This document shows positions 15,008 through 22,079 of a DNA stretch of 24,000 bases, one piece after another (position 1 is the first letter of the stretch; the number at the start of each line of letters is the position of its first letter). The stretch comes from Nanobdellota archaeon (GTDB taxonomy: Archaea > Nanobdellota > Nanobdellia > Pacearchaeales > GW2011-AR1), in assembly GCA_038045945.1 (NCBI GenBank), contig JBBSXC010000003.1:212134-236133 (forward strand), read 5' to 3'. Below the pieces are notes generated by a model. It did no database searches. It saw only the letters and a program-made list of their open reading frames with translations, and was not told the origin of the DNA. The position numbers and the translations under genes were made by a program.

Positions 15008-15216
15008 ATATTATAACCAGATGAAAAGTATTAATATTTGCCGTAGTCATTGGAGAATAATTAAAGTACGGTCTAAATTTCTTAACCAAAACTTTTATTA
15101 TTCGTCAACAAATAATTCTTTACGTACAACTTCTTGTAGTGAGATAATTTTTTGTCGCAATTTTTTTGTGGTGAACAAAACTTATAAAGAAAAGGATAAT
15201 TATCACTTCACAAAAG

Positions 15217-15531
15217 ATGGTAATTGACAGATTAGACCCAGGTGAATTAGTAAAAGCTTTAGCAACAATAAAGGATGGAGGATTCAGTGTTGTTGGAAGT
15301 AAAAATAGAAAAGGATTAAGCGCCGAAGTTGTTAATGGTAACCCAGTTCTAAGAGCAAACATAAGATATGATGATCCTAAGGGCAGTTCAATAACTGTTT
15401 ATGCTGAAGGGAAAAAGACTTATGAAGACCAATTAAGATTCGCACATTTTAGAGGAATAGTACAAAGAGCAGGCATCCCTGTAAGTTACTTAAAACATGG
15501 CTATTCTGATTCCGGTCGCCCATCATTATAA
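15217..15531 (+). CDS. hypothetical protein, 104 aa
   Basis: ATG ORF with TTATAAAG 27 nt upstream. No motif recognised. Confidence 0.55.
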   Translation: MVIDRLDPGELVKALATIKDGGFSVVGSKNRKGLSAEVVNGNPVLRANIRYDDPKGSSITVYAEGKKTYEDQLRFAHFRGIVQRAGIPVSYLKHGYSDSGRPSL

Positions 15532-15562
15532 AAATAAGAAAAAGCCATAGTTTAAGTAAAGC

Positions 15563-15570
15563 TTTATAAA
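15563..15570 (+). promoter_or_regulatory. TATA box of rpl15e
   Basis: TTTATAAA lies 22 nt upstream of the ATG at 15593, preceded by purine-rich AAAGC. Confidence 0.6.
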
Positions 15571-15592
15571 CACATTTTTTCTCACATTAATC

Positions 15593-16150
15593 ATGACTAA
15601 CGCTTACGAGTATATTAAGAAATCAATGGAATTAACTCTCAAAGGAAGAATGATAGATTGGAGAGCCGGAGAATCAGTAACTAAAATAGATAAACCAACA
15701 GATATTGCCAGAGCAAGAACTTTAGGTTACAAAGACAAAAAAGGATTCGTAGTTATTAGAGTCAGAGTTGTTAGAGGCGGAAGACAAAGACCAAGGCCTA
15801 GAAAGGGTAGAAGATCTAAGAGAATGCACACAAGACTAACACTGAAGATGAGCTACCAATGGGTCGCTGAAGGAAGAGCACAAAAAAAGTATCCTAACCT
15901 AGAAGTACTAAACTCATACCAAACAGGAAAAGACGGTAAACACTACTTTTACGAAGTTATAATGATTGACCCTGATAAACCAGAAATAACTAATGATCAG
16001 AACACATCATGGATTGTTAGAAACTCTAACAAAAACAAAGTATTCAGAGGATTAACAAGCGCTGGAAAGAAATCTAGAGGACTAAGACACAGAGGACCAG
16101 AAATAAAGAGCGGTCCGAGCGCAAGAGCAAACGAAAGAAGAGGAAGATAA
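15593..16150 (+). CDS. rpl15e: 50S ribosomal protein L15e
   Basis: Family-typical sequence: YEYIKK...WRAGESVTKIDKPTDIARARTLGYKDKKGFVVIRVRVVRGGRQRPRPRKGRRSKRM. The rest of the protein is highly basic. Confidence 0.93.
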   Translation: MTNAYEYIKKSMELTLKGRMIDWRAGESVTKIDKPTDIARARTLGYKDKKGFVVIRVRVVRGGRQRPRPRKGRRSKRMHTRLTLKMSYQWVAEGRAQKKYPNLEVLNSYQTGKDGKHYFYEVIMIDPDKPEITNDQNTSWIVRNSNKNKVFRGLTSAGKKSRGLRHRGPEIKSGPSARANERRGR

Positions 16151-16212
16151 AAATTAATCACGCTCATTTCTACATAAATGTTTAAAAACAGATAGTAACT
16201 CCTAGTTTTTTG

Positions 16213-16680
16213 ATGAGTATTTATCAAAAAGGGAAGAAGGATTTATTTCTAGAAGTTTATCGGGACATAGTTGACCAGTATTTATCGGCTAATAGAGTAA
16301 ACAAGATAAGAGCAGGCTTACACTTAACAAATTGCGGTAAAAAGGACTTAATTGCGATAGTTCATGAATTATCAATAAGAGGAACCAGAGCAAAATGGAA
16401 AAATTCTAGTGATTCTCCTAGAAGAAAATCCAAACACTCAAAAAAAATAATAATACACTGGACAGACAGGAGATTATGCTACGAGAAAAGCGAATCATAC
16501 CAAATAGATGTTCATTACATGAAAGAAAGGGAAGAAAAAAGAGAAGAGTGGGCAAAAGATTTTGAAGAAAGAAGGAAGAAGAATGAGATTTTTGCTAATA
16601 GAAGTTTATATGAAGAAGATGAAAATCTAAAATCACCTATTGTAGAAGCAAAAAGAGAATATTTATTGATGACTAAATAA
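16213..16680 (+). CDS. hypothetical basic protein, 155 aa
   Basis: The track start at 16210 is a TTG; the ATG is at 16213, with TTTAAAAA 24 nt upstream. Lys/Arg/Glu-rich C-terminal half. No family recognised. Confidence 0.5.
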   Translation: MSIYQKGKKDLFLEVYRDIVDQYLSANRVNKIRAGLHLTNCGKKDLIAIVHELSIRGTRAKWKNSSDSPRRKSKHSKKIIIHWTDRRLCYEKSESYQIDVHYMKEREEKREEWAKDFEERRKKNEIFANRSLYEEDENLKSPIVEAKREYLLMTK

Positions 16681-16705
16681 AGATAAAACTAGCCAACTAA
16701 TAAGC

Positions 16706-16713
16706 TATATAAA
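16706..16713 (+). promoter_or_regulatory. TATA box of the DNA ligase gene
   Basis: TATATAAA lies 21 nt upstream of the ATG at 16735. Confidence 0.55.
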
Positions 16714-16734
16714 TTACGTTAATTTGCTAACTTT

Positions 16735-18441
16735 ATGTTATACTCACAATTATTAGAAGTTTATACAGCATTACAATCAACAACTAAGAAGCTAGAAAAA
16801 GTTGAGATAATATCAGAATTCTTAAAAAAAATAAAGGAAGAAAGAAACAGAAGAGACATAATATACCTCATTCAAGGAAGCGTATTTCCAGAAAGCAACC
16901 AAGAAGTATTAGGAATGAGTGAACAAACAATAATAAAAGCAATAGCACAAGCAAGCGGAATAAGCAATGAAGAGGTAGTTAAGGAGTGGAAAGAGATCGG
17001 AGACTTAGGAGAGGTAGCAGAAAGAGAGATAACAAAATCAAGAATAAAACAAAGCAAGAAAGAACTAGTAATTGAAAGAGTAGTAAGCAACATAAGAAGA
17101 CTAGCAGATTTCGTTGGAAAAGGAACAGTAGAAAAAAAGTTAGAGCTAATAGCAGAATTATTATTAGATGCTAAACCAAAAGAAGCAAAATACTTGGTTA
17201 GAACAATCATTGGAGACTTAAGAGTGGGAGTAAAAGAAGGAGTGCTTAGAGACGCAATAATAAAATCATGCTTCGGACAAGAGGCAAGTGAAGAGGTAGA
17301 AAAATTAGTACAGAAAGCATACGACTTAACAACAGACTTCGGACTAGTATACGAATACTCATGCGATGGAATAAGCCGCCTTGCAGAAATAAGTTTGATG
17401 CCAGGAAAACCACTAAAAGTCATGCTGTTCCCAAAAGCAGAAAGCATCAGTGACGCTTTTAGAATAGTAGGAAAACCAGCAGCGTTTGAATACAAATATG
17501 ACGGATTCAGGGTAATAATAAGCAAAAGTGGAGAAGAAATAAAAATATACACCCGCAGGCTAGAAGAAGTATCAAAACAATTCCCAGACATAGTAAAATA
17601 CGTTAAGGCTTACGTTAAGGCAGAAACATTCATGATTGATGGAGAAGCAATAGGATACGACCCAAAAACAAAAGATTACTTACCATTCCAAGAAATAAGC
17701 CAAAGAATAAAAAGAATTTATGATATAGAAAAGGTCGAGAAAGAATTACCAGTGGAACTGGTAGCATTTGACTTACTATATATTAATGGAGAAAGCTTGC
17801 TAGAAAAACCTTTTAAGGAAAGAAGAAAAGAGCTTGAAAAAATTATTAAGAAAGAACCTTACAAGTTATCATTATCAAAACAAATAGTTACAGATGATGA
17901 AAAAGTTGTTGAAAAATTTTATGAAGAAGCACTAGAAATGGGAGAAGAAGGAATAATGGGAAAGAACCTAGAGTCACCTTACAAACCAGGAGCAAGAATC
18001 GGTTACGCAGTAAAACTAAAACCAGACGCAGAAGAATTAGACTTAGTAATAACAAAAGCAGAATGGGGAACAGGCAAGCGCGCAGGATGGTTAACTTCTT
18101 ACACAGTATCATGCTTAGCAGGAAATGGTAAAAATGGCGACTTGTTAGAAGTGGGTAAAGTATCAACAGGTCTGAAAGAAAAAAGCGAATTAGGATTAAG
18201 CTTCGATGACTTAACAAAACTACTAAAACCATTAATCATTAGTGAAGATGGAAAAGAAGTAACTGTTAAACCAGAAATTATTGGTATGATACAATACCAA
18301 AACATACAAAAATCACCGTCGTACAATTCAGGATACGCCTTGCGATTCCCTAGAATAAAAGTTGTAAGACCTGACAAAAAAATAGATGATATAGCAACAG
18401 TAAAAGAAATAGAAGAAGAATACGAGAAACACAAAGGATAA
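16735..18441 (+). CDS. lig: ATP-dependent DNA ligase
   Basis: 568 aa. Motif I EYKYDGFR (adenylated Lys), FMIDGEAI, EGIMGK, AVKLKP, and C-terminal LRFPRI (motif VI). Confidence 0.93.
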   Translation: MLYSQLLEVYTALQSTTKKLEKVEIISEFLKKIKEERNRRDIIYLIQGSVFPESNQEVLGMSEQTIIKAIAQASGISNEEVVKEWKEIGDLGEVAEREITKSRIKQSKKELVIERVVSNIRRLADFVGKGTVEKKLELIAELLLDAKPKEAKYLVRTIIGDLRVGVKEGVLRDAIIKSCFGQEASEEVEKLVQKAYDLTTDFGLVYEYSCDGISRLAEISLMPGKPLKVMLFPKAESISDAFRIVGKPAAFEYKYDGFRVIISKSGEEIKIYTRRLEEVSKQFPDIVKYVKAYVKAETFMIDGEAIGYDPKTKDYLPFQEISQRIKRIYDIEKVEKELPVELVAFDLLYINGESLLEKPFKERRKELEKIIKKEPYKLSLSKQIVTDDEKVVEKFYEEALEMGEEGIMGKNLESPYKPGARIGYAVKLKPDAEELDLVITKAEWGTGKRAGWLTSYTVSCLAGNGKNGDLLEVGKVSTGLKEKSELGLSFDDLTKLLKPLIISEDGKEVTVKPEIIGMIQYQNIQKSPSYNSGYALRFPRIKVVRPDKKIDDIATVKEIEEEYEKHKG

Positions 18442-18448
18442 AAAAATT

Positions 18449-19348
18449 ATGGAAACAAAAAAAGAGGAACCAGAATGGAAGAGAGAATTATTCAACTTGA
18501 TAGGCGTAGCATCATTGTTCTTAGGAATAATACTAATAATAACATCAAAAACAGTAACAACTGGAAACGCAATAATCAGTGAAATAATAACAAAACAATT
18601 CAGCATCATAGGAATAATGCTGTTCATAGGAGGAGTAATAGTATTATTCACAAGCAGCATTAGAAGCGACATATCAGATTTGGAAAGAAGGGCAGAAGGA
18701 GATGAGAGAGACAGAGCAAAGGGAATTAAAATATACTCAAAACATTCTGACCCTGAAAAAGACACATTTGTCCCAGATAGAGATTTACACATAATAGAAC
18801 CCCAAGGGATGTTAGGTGTTCGCGATTATAGTCTTGGCGAGTTTAGAAAGAGGTATAAGGAATTAGGAGATGACGAACTGAAAGATGTAGCTAAGGAAGA
18901 ATTAGGTCCAGGATTATTAAGTATTTACAATCATGGCAATAATTTAGCAAAATATTTTTTAGAAGCAATGAATGTTACAATACCAAGAACTAATGAGAAA
19001 CCAAGAGTAATTATATCAAACAAGGCCTTGGTAAGAGCAAGAAGAGATAATAGTGTCAGTGGGAGAGCTAAAATGTTCAATAGCGAAATAGAAATGATAA
19101 GAGAAAATCCTATTGCAAGACCGAAAGAAAGAATAGGAGAGTTTTTTGTGTCACCAAGAGGAAGAAAAGAAATAAGAGTAGCCTGGGATTATGATCCAGA
19201 AAAAAACATAATAAAAATCTACGATGTTTTATATCACACCGGGACAAAGGAATATGTTGATGATTGGAACAATAAATCAAGAACAGGGGAATTATCAAAG
19301 AAAAGTTATGAATCAGCAGGATTCTCAGAATTCAGAGGAATAAATTAA
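18449..19348 (+). CDS. membrane-anchored hypothetical protein, 299 aa, with a possible RelE/ParE-like C-terminal domain
   Basis: Starts 7 nt after the ligase stop. Two N-terminal TM helices (LIGVASLFLGIILIITS, FSIIGIMLFIGGVIVLFTS). The C-terminus RVIISNKALVRARRD...IEMIRENPIARPKE...KEIRVAWDYDPEKNIIKIYDVLYH resembles the RelE/ParE toxin pattern. That domain call is inference. Confidence 0.6.
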   Translation: METKKEEPEWKRELFNLIGVASLFLGIILIITSKTVTTGNAIISEIITKQFSIIGIMLFIGGVIVLFTSSIRSDISDLERRAEGDERDRAKGIKIYSKHSDPEKDTFVPDRDLHIIEPQGMLGVRDYSLGEFRKRYKELGDDELKDVAKEELGPGLLSIYNHGNNLAKYFLEAMNVTIPRTNEKPRVIISNKALVRARRDNSVSGRAKMFNSEIEMIRENPIARPKERIGEFFVSPRGRKEIRVAWDYDPEKNIIKIYDVLYHTGTKEYVDDWNNKSRTGELSKKSYESAGFSEFRGIN

Positions 19349-19740
19349 AAATACACTCTTTCAGTTTCAAAACCGTTCTCTTGCAAGTTATCAACTAATA
19401 TTGCAATATTACCGTTACCTTTTTTATTAACATAAGCAACTCTGGAAAAACTTCTACCATCGCCAATAGTTAATTCTCTGAGAAAATCGCTATGATCCTC
19501 AGCTAGTCTAGGATCAATAGGTTTATCACCATTTGTCTTACAGTACCCCTCGGTCGTAGGGGGAAAACCACTAGTCACCCGAGGCAGAGGAGAAACATCC
19601 CTAAACTTTTGGTTAACATCAAAATAAGCAGCATCAATAGGCTCTCCTCTATGAATGATAGCAATACTTCTCATTAGACCCCAATCTCCATTATCAACGC
19701 GATCAGGCCTTGGAGTAAAAATATAAACTTTTCTTGACAT
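19345..19740 (-). CDS. hypothetical protein, 131 aa
   Basis: The track start at 19761 is a GTG. The ATG at 19740 (MSRKVYIFTPRPD) has TTTATAAG 21 nt upstream. Its stop codon shares TTAA with the convergent upstream gene. Confidence 0.55.
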   Translation of the reverse strand: MSRKVYIFTPRPDRVDNGDWGLMRSIAIIHRGEPIDAAYFDVNQKFRDVSPLPRVTSGFPPTTEGYCKTNGDKPIDPRLAEDHSDFLRELTIGDGRSFSRVAYVNKKGNGNIAILVDNLQENGFETERVYF

Positions 19741-19839
19741 AAAACCTTGTATCAAGAACACCTTATAAATCTTTCTTTATTAGCTACTTTAAAGTGACAA
19801 TTAGGCAAGGTATAAAAGGCATGCTTTATTGACGACTCC

Positions 19840-20379
19840 ATGAAAACACTGGATATTGGTTGCGGTAATAGAAAGAAAGAAGGAGCTATAGGCCTTGACA
19901 GAGTCACATTACCAGGAGTAGATGTAGTGTGCGAAATAAGAAGCAGAGTAAGTATTCCTTTCAAAAATGATCTTTTTGAGGAAGTCTTTCTCACAGACAT
20001 GGTAGAACATGTTGATGATGTGCCTTGGCTCCTTAGCGAGGTTCATAGAATCAGTAAAGACAAAGCATTAGTCTATATTAGATTCCCCCATTACAGCGGC
20101 AGAAACGCTTATGGTGACGTAACCCATAGAAGATACCTTTCCCTCGGAGCTTTTGATCATTTTGATCCTCAAACAGAAAGTGGTAAGAGGTACCAATACT
20201 ATAAATCTTTTGGCAGAAATTTCCCTTTCCACATTGAAGATATATCCCCGGCAGCTAGAAAATTGGGATTTAGAAGTTTAGTTTACAACTTTTTAGACGG
20301 AAGAAAAAACGAATTAAGAATAAGCAGAATATTCCCTATAGAAAACGTTAATCTCAAAATGAGAGTAATTAAAAACTAA
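19840..20379 (+). CDS. class I SAM-dependent methyltransferase, 179 aa
   Basis: Motif I LDIGCGNRK at the extreme N-terminus, acidic motif II AIGLD, FEEVFLTDMVEHV (Methyltransf_11-like). TATAAAAG lies 21 nt upstream. No DNA-methyltransferase motif (DPPY/NPPY or PC) seen. Confidence 0.75.
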   Translation: MKTLDIGCGNRKKEGAIGLDRVTLPGVDVVCEIRSRVSIPFKNDLFEEVFLTDMVEHVDDVPWLLSEVHRISKDKALVYIRFPHYSGRNAYGDVTHRRYLSLGAFDHFDPQTESGKRYQYYKSFGRNFPFHIEDISPAARKLGFRSLVYNFLDGRKNELRISRIFPIENVNLKMRVIKN

Positions 20380-20837
20380 TTTGAAACAGCCTTAGCTTTT
20401 CTAACTCTCGATTTACCAACTTTGGCGACAATCCTTTGAGGATCATTAGCTTTTATAAAATCTAAAACTTGAAAACCATCAATCTCAAGTCTTGATAAAA
20501 GATTTTTAGTCTCAGAACTTCTCCCTCTAGAAAAAATTACTAGCGACGGAGGAGAATCTTGTGGCACTGATGAAGCTTTTGAATATAAAGAGTCTTGGAT
20601 GTCTAAAGAATAAACTTTAACTCGAGGCTTATTATTATAAAAATGAGGGACCACCTTCTCTAGAACACCCTTTATATCTTTTAAGCCTCTTTTAGAATCA
20701 ACGGTATCAACATAAACTTCTCTCAAACCACCTTTAGGAGAAACAGATGATAGAGCGTTTAAAACAAATAATGGATGATCTTGGCGAGTATCATCGTATT
20801 CTAAAAAATAAACTACACCTTTATCTTTTGAGGACAT
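20376..20837 (-). CDS. hypothetical protein, 153 aa
   Basis: The track start at 20864 is a TTG. The ATG at 20837 (MSSKDKGVVYFLEYDD) has TTTATATT 25 nt upstream. Its stop overlaps the methyltransferase stop (CTAA). Confidence 0.55.
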   Translation of the reverse strand: MSSKDKGVVYFLEYDDTRQDHPLFVLNALSSVSPKGGLREVYVDTVDSKRGLKDIKGVLEKVVPHFYNNKPRVKVYSLDIQDSLYSKASSVPQDSPPSLVIFSRGRSSETKNLLSRLEIDGFQVLDFIKANDPQRIVAKVGKSRVRKAKAVSN

Positions 20838-20901
20838 CTCGTAATAAGTTAAAATTATGAACAATATAAAGGTTTAGTAAAATTGGCAATAATGAGGTCA
20901 T

Positions 20902-20972
20902 AGAAAGGTTTATAAAGCATATCATTTATAAATAAGAATTAAATCGTCGAGATTTTTATAAAGGTTTATATA
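20902..20972 (+). promoter_or_regulatory. cluster of four TATA-like boxes upstream of tbp
   Basis: TTTATAAA at 20909-20916 (preceded by GAAAGG), 20925-20932 and 20955-20962, then TTTATATA at 20965-20972 directly abutting the ATG at 20973. Confidence 0.6.
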
Positions 20973-21548
20973 ATGGCTGAAAAACAATCAAGTTCTAAAA
21001 AATCATCACTTAAAGTTCAAAACATTGTAGCAACAACTTCTTTAGGGAAACCAATTTCTTTAACTAAACTTGCTAAGACTTTAGTTAACACTACTTACAA
21101 TCCTGACCAATTTCCAGGGGTCATATTAAGAGTTAAAGAACCTAAGAGTGCTGTTCTTGTTTTTTCAAGCGGTAACCTTGTTTGTACTGGAACTAAGAGC
21201 ATTCAGCAAGTTAAGGAAGTTATTGATTCTGTTATTAAACAACTTAGAAGAATTAATGTTCGTATTACTGACAAACCAAAAATTAATGTTCAAAATATTG
21301 TAGCTAGCGGAAGTATTGACTTAATGCTTAACCTTAACTTGTTAGCTTTAGAACTTGAAAACACTGAGTATGAACCTGAACAATTCCCTGGCCTAGTTTA
21401 CAAACTTGACAACCCTACAGCAACATTCTTATTATTTTCTAATGGTAAACTTGTTTGCACAGGAACCAAGACTCGACAACAACTTGACGAAAGCATGGAA
21501 CAATTAATCAAGAACGTGAAAGCTGCCATTAAAAGAATGAATGCCTAA
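20973..21548 (+). CDS. tbp: TATA-box binding protein
   Basis: Two internal repeats: VQNIVATTSL...YNPDQFPGVILRV...LVFSSGNLVCTGTKS and VQNIVASGSI...YEPEQFPGLVYKL...LLFSNGKLVCTGTKT. Confidence 0.93.
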   Translation: MAEKQSSSKKSSLKVQNIVATTSLGKPISLTKLAKTLVNTTYNPDQFPGVILRVKEPKSAVLVFSSGNLVCTGTKSIQQVKEVIDSVIKQLRRINVRITDKPKINVQNIVASGSIDLMLNLNLLALELENTEYEPEQFPGLVYKLDNPTATFLLFSNGKLVCTGTKTRQQLDESMEQLIKNVKAAIKRMNA

Positions 21549-21586
21549 AAGTCTCAGAAAAATTTTCTAATAATTATTAACAAACA

Positions 21587-21991
21587 ATGAGAACTATCTA
21601 TCAACTCTTACCATTTAAGAAAGTTGCATGCTTAGAAGTTTTTCAAGAACTAAGAATGGCGCAGGGTCAAGAGCTTTCAGAAGAGGATAAGAGCATTACC
21701 GGCAGAACTAGTTATTATTGTAAAATAGTTTCTAATGACGGAGAATATTCTAACGCTCCACCAGTAGCAAATAGGACGATAGAGAGTTTAGCTGAAGGAG
21801 TTATGCAAGAATTATCTAAGAATCATGAGTCATTTGCAGAGTACGCCGTTATAATAGTCAATGATCCTCCAAAACTACAAAGCCTTATTGATTCTCATTG
21901 CGAGCCTATGTCAGTAACAAGAAAGATTAGTCCTGGAGAAAGGATAAGAATGCAGAGAAGAATTTCTGAATTAATAGTAGCTCGAGCTTAA
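21587..21991 (+). CDS. hypothetical protein, 134 aa
   Basis: ATG ORF 38 nt downstream of tbp on the same strand. No motif recognised. Confidence 0.5.
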   Translation: MRTIYQLLPFKKVACLEVFQELRMAQGQELSEEDKSITGRTSYYCKIVSNDGEYSNAPPVANRTIESLAEGVMQELSKNHESFAEYAVIIVNDPPKLQSLIDSHCEPMSVTRKISPGERIRMQRRISELIVARA

Positions 21992-22079
21992 GAAAAACTT
22001 TCTTTAGTATACGAAAGGTTTCTAAACATAGATTGTTATGTATAAATATCAATAAAAAGGGTTAGAAGTAATCATAATC

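Noticed and set aside
15008-15216. Replication origin or ncRNA in the 209-nt spacer, and origin elements near mcm (21992-22079)
   Set aside because: No ORB or mini-ORB-like repeats (TTCCAnTGGAAA type) and no G-strings. Only short 5-bp hairpins are present. Two divergent promoters account for the content, and no orc1/cdc6 gene is in the window.
12352-16227. Track ORFs 12352-12588(-), 12968-13165(-), 14928-15227(+), 15120-15362(-), 15997-16227(-)
   Set aside because: These are alternative-frame or antisense readings of the called genes or of the divergent promoter spacer. Their sequences are leucine-rich and low-complexity.
16872-18792. Long minus-strand ORFs (16872-17591, 17888-18232, 18099-18434, 18328-18792) antisense to DNA ligase and the following gene
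   Set aside because: They lie entirely opposite well-supported genes. Their products are low-complexity Ser/Leu/Phe strings, as expected from reading GAA/AAG-rich coding sequence backwards. No TATA box is placed at their starts.
19540-19600. GC-rich patch with nested inverted repeats (CCCCT...AGGGG and CCTCGG...CCGAGG) as a hidden structured RNA
   Set aside because: It lies inside the 19345-19740 coding sequence and encodes a Pro/Gly/Thr-rich stretch (PLPRVTSGFPPTTEGY), which explains the GC content. It shows no tRNA-like or other recognisable RNA architecture.
7647-20864. Upstream TTG/GTG starts used by the track for rad50 (9776), 12739, 14180, 16210, 19761 and 20864, and the ATG at 2515
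   Set aside because: In each case an in-frame ATG a few codons downstream has a TATA-like box 21-25 nt upstream. The exceptions are rad50, where the ATG fits operon coupling with mre11, and 2557, where it aligns with the paralog. The longer versions would overlap promoters or neighbouring genes.
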